Source: Macrostomum lignano (taxonomy: Eukaryota). Taken from it: a stretch of DNA of 64,000 nt. Shown here piece after piece: positions 50,501 through 63,835 of the stretch. The notes beneath the pieces were generated by a model. That model was not told where the DNA came from, ran no database searches, and saw only the letters and a program-made list of their open reading frames with translations. Numbering within the stretch: the first letter of the stretch is position 1; the number at the start of each line of letters is the position of its first letter. The DNA is taken from positions 58,979-122,978 of the forward strand of contig NIVC01003053.1 of NCBI GenBank assembly GCA_002269645.1, read 5' to 3'. The position numbers and the translations under genes were made by a program.

Positions 50501-53500
50501 TGAGATCCCATACCCAAATGAGGGATTAGTGAGTGAGATCCCATACCCTAATGGGGGATTAGTGAGTGAGATCCCATACCAAATGAGGGATTAGTGAGTG
50601 AGATCCCATACCCAAATAAGGGATTAGTGAGTGAGATCCCATTACCCAAATGAGGGATTAGTGAGTGAGATCCCATTACCCAAATGGGGGATTAGTGAGT
50701 AAGATCCCATACCAAATGATGGATTAGTGAGTGAGATCCCACTACCCAAATGGGGGATTAGTGAGTGAGATCCCATTACCCAAATGAGGGATTAGTGAGT
50801 GAGATACCATACCCAAATGAGGGATTAGTGAGTGAGATACCATACCCAAGTGAGGGATTAGTGAGTCAGATACCATACAAAAGTGAGGAATTAGTGAGTG
50901 AGATCCCATACCCAAATGAGGGATTAGTGAGTGAGATACCATACCCCCAAGTGAGGGATTAGTGAGTGAGATCCCATACTCAAGTGAGGGATTAGTGAGT
51001 GAGATCCCATACCCCCAAGTGAGGGATTAGTGAGTGAGATCCCATATCCAAATGAGGGATTAGTGAGTGAGATCCCATATCCAAATGAGGGATTAGTGAG
51101 TGAGATCCCATTACCCAAATGAGGGATTAGTGAGTGAGATCCCATTACCCAAATGAGGGATTAGTGAGTGAGATCCCATACCAAATGAGGGATTAGTAAG
51201 TGAGATCCCACTACCCAAATGGGGGATTAGTGAGTGAGATCCCATTACCCAAATGAGGGATTAGTGAGTGAGATACCATGCCCAAGTGAGGGATTAGTGA
51301 GTCAGATACCATACCAAAGTGAGGGATTAGTGAGTGAGATCCCATACCCAAATGAGGGATTAGTGAGTAAGATACCATACCAAATGAGGGATTAGTGAGT
51401 GAGATCCCATACCCAAATGAGGGATTAGTGAGTGAGATCCCATACCCAAATGAGGGATTAGTGAGTGAGATCCCATACCAAATGAGGGATTGGTGAGTGA
51501 GATCCCATACTCAAGTGAGGGATTAGTAAGTGAGATCCCATACCCAAATAAGGGATTAATCAGTAAGATAACATACCAAATGAGGGATTAGTAAGTGAGA
51601 TCCCATACCTAAATGAGGGATTAGTAAGTGAGATCCCATACCTAAATGAGGGATTAGTGAGTGAGATCCCATACCCAAATGAGGGATTAGTGAGTGAGAT
51701 CCCATTACCCAAATAGGGGATTAGTGAGTGAGATCCCATACCAAATGAGGGATTAGTGAGTGAGATCCCACTACCCAAATGGGGGATTAGTGAGTGAGAT
51801 CCCATTACCCAAATGAGGGATTAGTGAGTGAGATACCATACCCAAGTGAGGGATTAGTGAGTCAGATACCATACAAAAGTGAGGAATTAGTGAGTGAGAT
51901 CCCATACCCAAATGAGGGATTAGTGAGTGAGATACCATACCCCCAAGTGAGGGATTAGTGAGTGAGATCCCATACTCAAGTGAGGGATTAGTGAGTGAGA
52001 TCCCATACCCCCAAGTGAGGGATTAGTGAGTAAGATACCATACCAAATGAGGGATTAGTGAGTGAGATCCCATATCCAAATGAGGGATTAGTGAGTGAGA
52101 TCCCATTACCCAAATGAGGGATTAGTGAGTGAGATCCCATTACCCAAATGAGGGATTAGTGAGTGAGATCCCATACCAAATGAGGGATTAGTAAGTGAGA
52201 TCCCACTACCCAAATGGGGGATTAGTGAGTGAGATCCCATTACCCACATGAGGGATTAGTGAGTGAGATCCCATTACCCAAATGAGGGATTAGTGAGTCA
52301 GATACCATACCAAAGTAAGTGAGGGATTAGTGAGTGAGATCCCATACCCAAATGAGGGATTAGTGAGTAAGATACCATACCAAATGAGGGATTAGTGAGT
52401 GAGATCCCATACCCAAATGAGGGATTAGTGAGTGAGATCCCATACCCTAATGGGGGATTAGTGAGTGAGATCCCATACTCAAGTGAGGGATTAGCGAGTG
52501 AGATCCCATCCTCCGGATCTCCAGTCTGCGAACCTCAACCCACCCGTGCTCATGCTCTCAGATAATTTCGTTGCTACGCGAGCGGTTGCCGCTCATCTGG
52601 CGCCAGTCGGAGAGTCCGGCTGTCCGCTGGGCGATGGAAATTCTTTGCGCTGCCGACCTTTCGCCGTTACCGTTCAATGGTCCAGCGATGTGCCGCGGCT
52701 GCTCAAGCGTGTCAAGGACCTGGGGAGACAGTTGGTTGCAGTTCAGGTTGGTTGTGATGTGGCTGCCTGCATCTCCCTTTGATGGCTCCCTGCATCCGTC
52801 TGATAGCTCCCTGCATCTCCATTTGATAGCTCCCTGCATCTCCATTTGATAGCTCCCTGCATCTCCCTTTGATGGCTTCCTGCATCCGTTTGATAGCTCC
52901 CTGCATCTCCACTTGATAGCTCCCTGCATCTCCATTTGATAGCTCCCTGCATCTCCATTTGATAGCTCCCTGCATCTCCTTTTGATAGCTCCCTGCATCT
53001 CCGTTTGATAGCTCCCTGCATCTCCATTTGATAGCTCCCTGCATCTCCGTTTGATAGCTCCCTGCATCTCCGTTTGATAGCTCCCTGCATCTCAGTTTGA
53101 TAGCTCCCTGCATCTCCGTTTGATAGCTCCCTGCATCTCCGTTTGATAGCTCCCTGCATCTCCGTTTGATAGCTCCCTGCATCTCCGTTTGATAGCTCCC
53201 TGCATCTCCATTTGATAGATCCCTGCATCTCCGTTTAATAGCTCCCTGCATCTCCGTTTGATAGCTCCCTGCATCTCCATTTGATAGCTCCCTGCCTCTC
53301 CGTTTGATAGCTCCCTGCATCTCCGTTTGATAGCTCCCTGCCTCTCCGTTTGATAGCTCCCTGCCTCTCCGTTTGATAGCTCCCTGCATCTCCGTTTGAT
53401 AGCTCCCTGCCTCTCCGTTTGATAGCTCCCTGCATCTCCTTTTGATAGCTCCCTGCATCTCCGTTTGATAGCTCCCTGCATCTCCATTTGATAGCTCCCT

Positions 53501-54146
53501 GCATCTCCGTTTGATAGCTTCCTGCATCTCCATTTGATAGCTCCCTGCATCTCCGTTTGATAGCTCCCTGCATCTCCTTCACGCCCTGCACTGACTCCTT
53601 TCATCCCCTGCTCCCCTCTAGTACGAGGTGTTCGGCAAGCGGGCATGGGACTCGGCAAACGGATCGGCAATTGATCTGTCAGTCGGCCAGCTCTGGTACC
53701 AGTACAACAATTCAAATCTGAGCACTGAGCATTTCAGCATTGAGGCTTATCCCTGCCTGCCATTCTGCTCGTCAGGTTATCCTATTTACGAGATTCGAAC
53801 CCGGGTCCTTCTACGATTAATGAATCGCGGAGATAACGCCGAACAGCTGGTGGTTTCGAGTTGGTTCTCAGCCCCGTCCCTCGTGAATCTGCCTGTTCAG
53901 TCACTGCCGATGACTCCGGTCTTGTGTCTACCCGACTCTCCTGGCTTCATCAGTTCCACTGGAATTGGTCTGTTAGCGGCTGGCTGCTCTGTTGCTGCCT
54001 GTCTGCTTTTGGGATTGGCAATTTTCGGGATGAGACGAAGAATTCAACGAAGGCGATGGCTACAGCGAAGTCAGCTGCTCCTGGCTGAAGCCTATGATGA
54101 CGCTTCCGGGAATCTGTTTCCCGAGCATGCTGCTGCGGGAAAGTAA
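44542..54146 (+). CDS. Type I membrane receptor: signal peptide, one degenerate LDLa repeat, FN3 repeats, TM, SorLA-like tail
   Basis: Exons 44542-44762, 44912-45024 (CQASQFQCLTPKKVGC...HCRDGSDVAFC), 45113-45281, 46268-46749, 47441-47817, 48202-48482, 48765-48877, 49579-49688, 49761-49944, ~52499/52525-52746, 53622-54146. Phases agree except the exon 10 acceptor, which is unresolved. TM LLAAGCSVAACLLLGLAIFGM. Confidence 0.8.
45345..45750. repeat. ~21-bp minisatellite (CAATTAGTGTGAATGGTGTCA)n
   Basis: Direct reading. Confidence 0.9.
45889..46196 (+). mobile_element. tRNA-derived CORE-type SINE
   Basis: A box TAGCGTAGTGG; B-box-like GGTTTGATTC; CORE-like CCTTGAGTAAGACACTTAAC...CAGCTGTAAAATGGG; (ATT)n tail; GTAACAA near both flanks. 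Confidence 0.85.
46905..47395. repeat. ~49-bp minisatellite CCTTAATCCAGGGGATTATTGTAATCCCAAATGGGGAGGAACTGCAGCT
   Basis: About 10 units. Confidence 0.93.
48910..49465. repeat. Degenerate ~25-bp minisatellite (AAATCGGCCTTCAAATCTCAGTAAT)n
   Basis: Direct reading. Confidence 0.88.
50083..52510. repeat. ~33-bp minisatellite (GAGGGATTAGTGAGTGAGATCCCATACCCAAAT)n
   Basis: Direct reading; interrupted by the MITE at 50112-50408. Confidence 0.96.
50112..50408 (-). mobile_element. hAT-type MITE copy 3 (28S-like family) inserted in the satellite
   Basis: TIRs CATACATGCGCAAC / GTTGCGCCTGTATG; TSD CATACCCC at 50104-50111 and 50409-50416. Confidence 0.93.
52770..53575. repeat. 23-bp minisatellite (GATAGCTCCCTGCATCTCCGTTT)n
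   Basis: Direct reading. Confidence 0.95.
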
Positions 54147-54267
54147 CTACCAGATTGATGTTGATTCTCGATTCACGTTTCTTTTCACTTTGGCGCCGCA
54201 TTCCTGCAAGTTTTTTGTTTTAATTTGTCATCAATAATCTGTAGCCGTTTGTAGTAGTTACCGACCG

Positions 54268-54725
54268 TATTGAAGCAACCGGAAGTGGAAACCAATTTGA
54301 AGCAACCGGAAGTAGAAACCCATTTGAAGCAACCGGAAGTGGGGACCCATTGAAGCAACCGGAAATGGAAACTCATTTAAAGCAAGCGAAAGTGGGGATC
54401 CACTTGAAGCAACCGGAAGTGGGAACCCATTTAAAGCAATAGGAAGTCAAGTGGGAACCCATTGAAGCAACCGGAAGTGGGAACCCATTCAAGCAACCGG
54501 AAGTGGGAACCCATTGAAGCAACCGGAAGTGAGAACCCATTGAAGCAACCGGAAGTGGGAACCCATTGAAGCAACCGGAAGTGGGAACTCATTCGGAGCA
54601 ACCGGAAGTGGGGACCCATTAAGCAATTAGAAGTGGGAACCCATTTGAAGTAACTAGAAGTGGAAACTGTAGCAACAGGAACCGGAAGTGGGATGGGAAC
54701 CTACTAAAGTAACCGGAAGTGGGAA
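54268..54725. repeat. ~26-bp minisatellite (GAAGCAACCGGAAGTGGGAACCCATT)n
   Basis: Direct reading. Confidence 0.9.
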
Positions 54726-55666
54726 TAAAATAATTCTACCGCATGTTCAAATAAATTTTATGCAACCAAAAATGGATTTGAGGGTTATTTTACTGCAAAA
54801 ACTACGATACCACATCGAAGTAACCTTATTGTTGTTTCAAAACCTTCATGAATAAACCACAATTGTTAAACACTTCTTATTCAAGAATGTTTTCTTCATA
54901 CACTACTAGCTTATCAATCCTAGCCAAAGTACAATAGATTCGTAAATTATATGAAAAGATACTAACCATAACAGCTTGCCTGATTTGTGACGTCAGACTT
55001 AGCAAAATTATTGTTATTGAATTAATCAGACTATTTTTCATGCATCTAAACCAGCTCTGTTATTTGCATTGACTTCGCTCAGTAGATCACACAGTTGTAC
55101 ATTATTTTCAGTTTGGAAAATCTCACTAACCTTCCTTATTCAACTTTCAACTATTTATTCGTTTCTTTCCAATTCGCTTTGTAATTATTTCTTTTTTGTT
55201 GTATTCAAATGCAATTGCACTACTATCAGTAGAAGCGATGAAGCGGTATGCAGTGTTGCTCTATTTTTGCTTTGTTTTTAACGAACGGATCCTTTTGACT
55301 TTTGGATGCTTTCTGTTGATCCAATATAACTCCTGATCCATGTGATTATATATATTTCAGATAATTAGACAGCTTTGTTTAAAACAGCGATTTGTTTTTT
55401 TACTTGCTGGTATTTCAAGTGCAAAGGACATTTGATGTGAAAGTAGAGACTATATATAGTTTTAAAAGTGAAGGACCTCACCAAAATATTCACTGAACAA
55501 AAGTTAAAGTATCTAGCAGAGAATAACATCAAGGGCTCCAACGGAATTTCGGGCAAATCACAATTCATGCAGAATACAGACATTGGTATACAGATATGCT
55601 CTTGTTATAACAAAATGAATCATTTGTTCTTCGCTAGAAAAATTAAATGGCACATGACATTACGAC

Positions 55667-57336
55667 TCGGGGCGTCGCCTTGGATTTTATGATGGGGACA
55701 ACGCCAAAGACATCACTAAATTGCTACAAATATTTTTTGGGAATCGGTGTTGTTCGCGCTCATTTTGGCGCCACAGACCTGCAGGCACTCATTTTAGCGC
55801 CACAGACCTGCAGGCACTCATTTTGGCGCCGCAGGCACTCATTTTGGCGCCGCAGACCTGCAGGCACTCATTTTGGCGCCACAGACCTGCAGGCACTCAT
55901 TTTGGCGCCGCAGGCACTCATTTTGGCGCCGCAGACCTGCAGGCACTCATTTTGGCGCCGCAGACCTAGAGGCACTCATTTTGGCGCCGCAGACCTGCAG
56001 GCACTCATTTTAGCGCCACAGACCTGCTGGCACTCATTTTGGCGCGCAGGTAGGCGCTAATTTTGGCGCCGCAAGCACTCATTTTGATGGAGCAGAGAGA
56101 CACTCATATTGGCGCCGCAGACACAATCATTTTGGCGCCGCAGACACAATCATTTTGGCGCCGTAGGCACTCATTTTGGCGCCGCAGGCACTCATTTTGG
56201 CGCCGTAGGCACTCATTTTGGCGCCGCAGGCACTCATATTGGCGCCGCAGGCACTCATATTGGCGCCGCAGGCACTCATTTTGATGGAGCAGACAGACAC
56301 TCATATTGGCGCCGCAGGCACTCATTTTGGCGCCGCAGACACAATCATTTTGGCGCCGCAGGCACTCATTTTGATGGAGCAGAGAGACACTTATATTGGC
56401 GCCGCAGACACAATCATTTTGGCGCCGCAGACCACAATCATTTTGGCACCGCAGACCACAATCATTTTGGCACCGCAGACCACAATCATTTTGGCACCGC
56501 AGACCACAATCATTTTGGCACCGCAGACCACAATCATTTTGGCACCGCAAGCACTCATTTTGGCGCCGCAGACACAATCATTTTGGCGCCGCAGACCACA
56601 ATCATTTTGGCACCGCAGACCACAATCATTTTGGCACCGCAGACCACAATCATTTTGGCACCGCAGACCACAATCATTTTGGCACCGCAAGCACTCATTT
56701 TGGCGCCGCAAGCACTCATTTTGGCACCGCAAGCACTCATTTTGGCACCGCAAGCACTCATTTTGGCGCCGCAGACACAATCATTTTGGCGCCGCAGGCA
56801 CTCATTTTGATGAAGCAGAGAGACACTTCTATTGGCGCCGCAGACACAATCATTTTGGCGCCGCAGACCACAATCATTTTGGCACCGCAGACCACAATCA
56901 TTTTGGCACCGCAGACCACAATCATTTTGGCACCGCAGACCACAATCATTTTGGCACCGGAAGCAATCATTTTGGCGCCGCAGACACAATCATTTTGGCG
57001 CCGCAGACCACAATCATTTTGGCACCGCAGACCACAATCATTTTGGCACCGCAGACCACAATCATTTTGGCACCGCAGACCACAATCATTTTGGCACCGC
57101 AAGCACTCATTTTGGCGCCGCAGACACAATCATTTTGGCGCCGCAGGCACTCATTTTGGCGCCGCAGACAGGCGCTCATATTGGCGCCGCAGACACAATC
57201 ATTTTTGGGCCACAGGCAGTCAGGCACTCAATTCGGCGTATTGAAGCAAAATTCTTAATTTCCATAAACGCGGTCACAATTTGGGGCGGGGGACAAATCA
57301 TTGGCATGTTCTCCCATGGCTTTTGCGGAGCCCCTG
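55667..57336 (+). mobile_element. hAT-like MITE with expanded 21-24-bp minisatellite (~55760-57200)
   Basis: Left end GGGGCGTCGCCTTGGATTTTATGATGGGG matches the 43397 end; right subterminal sequence is the reverse complement of GGGGACATGCCAATGCTTTGTCCCCC seen at ~42655. Confidence 0.72.
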
Positions 57337-57693
57337 CGTATAAGAGATGCTGTGTGCGAAAAAATAATTATGTGTACGATTTAATAACCAACGAAAAATA
57401 ATATATTTTGGGACCTGCACGACTCCACTGACACCCCGAATTTGAAGTAGCTACAGGTATGCTGTTGAATATGAAATTGATGAGCAAATTTGTGCATGCT
57501 TTATTTAAACAGCCATGTCTCTTATGCCGAATCAGTTGACCAGAAAATGACGCAATTAATTAAATTTGATGCAAGTCCAAAGTTGTCAATATCAGTTAAA
57601 GCTGCATGTCTGCATCTGAAATGATTTTTTCAATGCAGTGGAAATATATATAGCATTTGGATTCTCATGTACAGCTGTGTACTGGCTTTAAAT

Positions 57694-59048
57694 CAATGGC
57701 ATACGCGGAAAAGCCCCGGGTACCTACCCCCCCCCCCCCCCAATCACCTCTAAGATGGCCCTCCAAAACTATAAATGAAAGGGGCAAACAAAAGCTCGAC
57801 AATGGCAGGAGCGATCGAGACTGCTAGCTAACTAATCTTACATATGGCATCCACCGGCCTAGGAGACAGCTCGCTGGGGCGCCCAACCAAGAGACAGGGG
57901 CGCCCAACCAAGAGACAGGGGCGCCCAACCAAGAGACAGGGGCGCCTACCAGGAGACAGGGGCGCCCAACCAAGAGACAGGGGCGCCCAACCAAGAGACA
58001 GGGGCGCCTACCAGGAGACAGGGGCGCCCAACCAAGAGACAGGGGCGCCTACCAGGAGACAGGGGTGCCAAACAAGAGACAGGGGCGCCCAACCAAGAGA
58101 CAGGGGCGCCCATACACCAAGTCACAGGGGCGCCCAACCAAGAGACAGGGGCGCCCAACCAAGAGACAGGGGCGCCTACCAGGAGACAGGGGCGCCCAAC
58201 CAAGAGACAGGGGCGCCTACCAGGAGACAGGGGTGCCAAACAAGAGACAGGGGCGCCCAACCAAGAGACAGGGGTGCCCACCAAGAGACAGGGGCGCCCA
58301 ACCAGGAGACAGGGGTGCCCACCAAGAGACAGGGGCGCCCACCAAGAGACAGGGGTGCCCACCAAGAGACAGGGGCGCCCACCAAGAGACAGGGGCGCCC
58401 ACCAAGAGACAGGGTCGCCCACTAAGAGACAGGGGTGCCAAACAAGAGACAGGGGCGCCCACCAAGAGACAGGGGCGCCCAACCAAGAGACAGGGGCGCC
58501 CAACCAAGAGACAGGGGCGCCCAACCAAGAGACAGGGGCGCCCAACCAAGAGACAGGGGCGCCCAACCAAGAGACAGGGGCGCCCAACCAAGAGACAGGG
58601 GCGCCCAACCAAGAGACAGGGGCGCCCAACCAAGAGACAGGGGCGCCCACCAAGAGACAGGGGTGCCCACCAAGAGACAGGGGCGCCCACCAAGAGACAG
58701 GGGCGCCCACCAAGAGACAGGGTCGCCCACTAAGAGACAGGGGTGCCAAACAAGAGACAGGGGCGCCCAACCAAGAGACAGGGGCGCCTACCAGGAGACA
58801 GGGGCGCCCACCAAGAGACAGGGGTGCCCACCAAGAGACAGGGGCGCCACCAAGAGACAGGGGCGCCCAACCAAAGACAGGGGCCGCCCACTAGGAGACA
58901 GGGGCGCCCATGCACCAAGTCACAGGGGCGCAACCACCTAGGAGACACGGACGCCAAGCAAAGTCACCAAACATTGGCGCCGCATATACATGTATATATA
59001 GGGTTGCACCCAATCCATTTAAAATTTCTGAGTACCCATACGCCACTA
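57694..59048. mobile_element. Possible hAT-like MITE with internal 21-bp array (AACCAAGAGACAGGGGCGCCC)n at ~57875-58920
   Basis: The array is certain; the TIR-like ends CAATGGCATA / TACGCCACTA are imperfect and no TSD is seen. Confidence 0.5.
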
Positions 59049-59191
59049 GCTGCTTAACCCTATACAGAAGTTATGTACATTAGGTTAGGTATAACTATGA
59101 GTACACGTCACGCATGCATGTACAACTTAGAAGTACTTTATCGGATGTACACATGTATATCCCTTACTGTCAGTGATGATTAGAGCCGATG

Positions 59192-60363
59192 CTAACTCGT
59201 CGACTCCTGAGTTGCATTCCGCTCCTCTTGACCGCCTGTCGATCCATTATTGTTCCCTGTGGGCAGCTCGGCATTGTCCTGAGGTTCGTCCTCCGTCGCC
59301 TCACCTGGATAGTCCAGACTGCGATAGGCTCGCAGGGTGAGCAGCAGTGAGAACACGCTGAGCACCAGCATGCTGAGAAATACCAACCACGGCACGAACT
59401 GCAGTAAGCCGCCAATCAGCGGTCCGACTAGAATTGACAGTGCGATGACGCTGCGAAACACGCCCTGGGCGATGTCCATTTCGCCCACTGGTACACTTTT
59501 TGTGTACAGACTCTCCGGCAGGGCGAAGGTGAACGGCATGCCAATCACGTGACCGGTGATGCCCAGCAGCACCAAGGTGATGTACAGAGTTGGCTTGGCT
59601 CGTTCTACAAAAATCAGAGCCATAAAGTTCCAGAAGTACGCGCCGATGAGGATGCAAATGCCGGTCAGCAGAAGCAGTCGGTCTTCGAATTTGGCCGATA
59701 AGAATTTCACGACCAGGTAGACGAAGATCACTAGGATTCCAGCGCCCAGGTACACCTGCATGGTTTGGTTGAGAAAGTAAGCTTGGGGCTTTAGCACCAG
59801 GGGCTTTAGCACCAGGGGCTTTAGCACCAGGGGCTTTAGCACCAAGGCTTTAGCACTAGGGGCTTTAGCACCAGGGGCTTTAGCACCAAGGCTTTAGCAC
59901 TAGGGGCTTTAGCACCAGGGGCTTTAGCACCAAGGCTTTAGCACTAGGGGCTTTAGCACCAGGGGCTTTAGCACCAAGGCTTTAGCACTAGGGGCTTTAG
60001 CACCAGGGGCTTTAGCACCAGGGGCTTTAGCACCAAGGGCGCCAGCACCAAGGGCGCCAGCACCAAGGGCGCCAGCACCAAGGGCGCCAGCACCAAGGGC
60101 GCCAGCACCAAGGGCGCCAGCACCAAGGGCGCCAGCACCAAGGGCGCCAGCACCAGGTACACTGCCTCCTGCCTTTCACCTGAGTCGCTCACCAAGCTAG
60201 TGTTAAACTCGTCCACCCGAAGTAGCGGTTCGCGGCTGGCGGCAGCACAGCTTCCAACGCCATCAAGTTGAAATAGCTCGAGAAGGTGACGAATAGCATC
60301 GCGAAGGTGTCAATTTTTAAGTAGAGCTTCATCTTGTCCATGCTGAAGCACGATGGCTGATCT

Positions 60364-60395
<32 letters not shown>

Positions 60396-60673
60396 AGGCT
60401 CTGCTTCCGCAACCTGAGACGACGCCTCGTGCAGCGCGTCGTAGGAAGCACTGCGCGACGGCTTCTGGCTGGTGTCGGTGGACTCGGCAGCCACTTCGTC
60501 GCCATTGCCGCCAGCAAATCGACTGTGACTGATGGTCGGGTAGATGGCGATGATGGCAATGGTGTGCACGGCCCACAGCAGGGCCATGAACAGGCCCGGC
60601 GAGTTGTACACGTCGATGACGAATTTCTTCACCTTGTAGCGAAGCGGGTGCATCAGGAGGGTCAGAGCCGGGC
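59192..60673 (-). CDS. MFS transporter (MFSD8/CLN7-like), last two exons, with an apparent 1-nt frameshift; 5' exons not located
   Basis: Exons 60673-60193 and 59755-59192; GPAL..., YNSPGLFMALLW, LEAVLPP, LSAKFEDRLLL, SLYTK, ILVGPLIGG; multiple TM segments. Confidence 0.8.
59785..60155. repeat. 15-bp minisatellite (AGCACCAGGGGCTTT / AGCACCAAGGGCGCC)n filling the MFS intron
   Basis: Direct reading; two homogenised sub-blocks. Confidence 0.95.
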
Positions 60674-60784
60674 CTGCAGTGTGGGTGATGAGTCATGGAA
60701 AGTATTGCGTTCTCGGACAACTGAAGATCCATGAGATTGGCAATGTAAGACACTCCTAGCTGGTAAAGGCTGGTTTATAATGTA

Positions 60785-61125
60785 GATGTAGCTGAGGATG
60801 TACAGATGAGGATGTACAGATGAGGATGTACAGATGAGGATGTAGATGAGGATGTAGACCAGGATGTACAGATGAGGATTTAAATGAGGATGTAGAGATG
60901 CATATAATGATGTAGGTACATCTTCATCTACATCATCTCCTTATTTATGCATCCTTATTTACATCTTCATCTACATCTACATCCTCATCCTCATCTTACA
61001 GATGAGGCTGTAAGATGAGGATGTAAATGGGGATCTAGATGAGGATGTAAATGGGGATCTAGATGAGGATGTAAATGGGGATCTAGATGAGGATGTAAAT
61101 GGGGATCTAGATGAGGATGTAAACA
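60785..61125. repeat. GATGAGGATGTA-type low-complexity tandem repeat
   Basis: Direct reading. Confidence 0.8.
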
Positions 61126-62649
61126 TGATGAGGTAGATGCTTATGTAAATTAGAATACATATGACGATTTGGATGGGGATGTACCGATGAGAATGTACAG
61201 ATAAGAGATGCAAATGGATAGGAACGTCAATGATGATGTAGATAGGCCTAAAAATTTAAAATTAATATGAGTATAAAATCGTAGTTTTATGATTTTTATA
61301 TCATCTTATTAGCAAAAAAACATCAGCCGCGGAATTGAAGCGAAAAAATATCTGAAGAAGTGTAGTAATCCTAGCAATAAAATGCTTGTTTTAATATAGG
61401 AGCTCAAGTCACAAAGGCGTGCCGTCCGTGATGCGTTTTTACGGCAGTCCACCTGCGCACCGTCAGCCTCCTTAACCTGCCGGAACCTCGTCTGTAGCTA
61501 GCGCAGGTTTGGGCGCCGCACTAAGCGCATTGCGGGACCGTGTGTGGGACACACGGGGAGAGAGCCGAGAGAAAATAGGATTTAGTGGGCCTCTATATTG
61601 GAAGCTCTGGGACGTTAAATCCAGCGCACTTGTTGTCGGCCTGACGTGCTGTGCGTGGGCACTGGGCAGATTGCCATGCAGGCGGCTTCAGGGTGCTGTT
61701 GGAATTTCTCCAGATTGCTCAGTAGCAAAGCTCACGCAAGCAGAGGGAGCATATTTTATGGGCAGAGTGTTATAGAGAAGCAAACTGGATAGGGTGAACA
61801 ATTAAGTTGGATATTTTGGGAGGTGCTCAATTCCAAGAGCAGTGGTCGATATGAACTGAATCTCTTTCTGCTCTGCTCTCTTCCAAAGCTACCTTGCTGG
61901 GGCGTTTTGTGCCCAACCCAAGAAGTTTTTCTACTGTAAAAATATAGCGTCAGGTTATTGCATAAAAAAAACACTTGAGCATAGATTTCCCTCGAGACTG
62001 CTCAGGCTAGTGCGCACGTACGTACTCCAAAAAGCTGCATGAAATCTCTTGCTTGGACTTCCGTCCGAGGAACTCAAGCATTAGCTAACTGAGTTTGTTT
62101 GCACGCATTATTGGAGGGGGAGGACAAACGCAATCGATTTCTCCCATACGACTTGTCTTCGACAGGACAGGACTGACTGCGCGCAGACAGAAGACAGCCA
62201 ACAATGGGCTCTGAGATTTGCTGATCTACAGCGGAAGTGAGACGAATGAAGAAAAAGCAGAAAGGTGCACACGAAGCACACTTGGTAGAGAGCCGATCGG
62301 GTTGGAATTGCGACCTGAGTGTGAGCGAACTAAGCTGAGACAATGGGGATCGGACTTTCCGGACAGGATATCCTGTGTCCGACGGCTTTCTCAGCGTCCC
62401 ACATCAGCTAAAGCAGAGTGTACTAAGCTAAAAAATATTTGAACGCGCTCAACATACGATCCTATGGTTGATTGATCATTTGATTTGTTTACTTTTTCAT
62501 GCTAACAATAAATTTTCAGGGAATCGGTGAATGAAATTTCGTCTTGAATTTAAGAGATGGGATGAAAAAATGCAAAGAGCGAAGGCTGAAGTTTGCATTG
62601 TGACTAGTGACTTCTTGAGAATTCTGTGCAGCATTGGTTAGTACAGATT

Positions 62650-62925
62650 GAAAAGTAGTACAGTCAGGCATGGTAACCTCTAGGGAAAAATCCGCAGTGA
62701 GGAATGCCCAGTGTGCCTCTCCGGTGTCGAGAATGCGGAGCACTTCATCTGTGAATGCCCCGCCTTTACTCAGGACAGGCTCACCTATCTTGGCCCAAAC
62801 CCGGACCTCTCCGACGTTCACAGGCTCGAGAACCTCTGCCCAGATAGTCTGCTATCTAAGGGCTACCAGCGGCCGGGAGCAACGGCCGGTTTTGTTAAAA
62901 CAGACAGCATTGGAAATGGCCCGTA
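62650..62925 (+). mobile_element. 5'-truncated LINE 3' end (R1/I/Loa-like CCHC region)
   Basis: HGNL*GKIRSEECPVCLSGVENAEHFICECPAFTQDRLTYLG. Confidence 0.75.
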
Positions 62926-63414
62926 GACTTCAATGTTTGAATTCTATGATACTGTCATATTGGAAGTTCAAAAGTAAAAAAGACCAGGAAAATTGCAATT
63001 TCTACTACACCATATTGATTGTTATTCTTAGCATCGAGCAAATCTGTAGTCTTAAATCAGAAATGGTGATTGCTTTGCCACCCAGAAAGAGCGAGGTTAA
63101 AGCCACGCTTGATCAGTTTTGGCCTGGGCCGAGTCCCAGCGGACTGCATAAACCCATACGATTGGCATATAGTGCACCTATTGCCATAGCAGAAATATGA
63201 AAATTTCATTTACGCAATTCTCTCGACATCTATGCGGCATGGAACTGGAATTTGAATTTTCTTTACGCCCAGTCACAAATCAGGTTGTAAGAGTAGCTGT
63301 TGACTCCTTTTGAGTCCCCTGTTTGAAACCAGCGACCAGAGAGTTTTCTCTCTCGATTTTTCCGAATTTACAAAAACCATATTTTGAATTTACAAAACCA
63401 TATTTACAAAAACC

Positions 63415-63835
63415 AGTCAGAAGAGTCGCTAAACTTTATGTCAGGTTGTCAGAAGAGTCGCTAAACTTTATGTCAGGTTGTCAAGAAGAGTCGCTAAACT
63501 TTATGTCAGGTTGTCAGAAGAGTCGCTAAACTTTATGTCAGGTTGTCAGAAAAGTCGCTAAACTTTATGCCAGGTTGTCAGAAGAGTCGCTAAACTTTAT
63601 GTCAGGTTGTCAGAAGAGTCGCTAAACTTTATGTCAGGTTGTCAGAAAAGTCGCTAAACTTTATGCCAGGTTGTCAGAAGAGTCGCTAAACTTTATGTCA
63701 GGTTGTCAGAAGAGTCGCTAAACTTTATGTCAGGTTGTCAGAAGAGTCGCTAAACTTTATGTCAGGTTGTCAGAAGAGTCGCTAAACTTTATGTCAGGTT
63801 GTCAGAAGAGTCGCTAAACTTTATGTCAGGTTGTC
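63415..63835. repeat. 31-bp minisatellite (GTCAGGTTGTCAGAAGAGTCGCTAAACTTTAT)n
   Basis: About 13 units. Confidence 0.95.
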
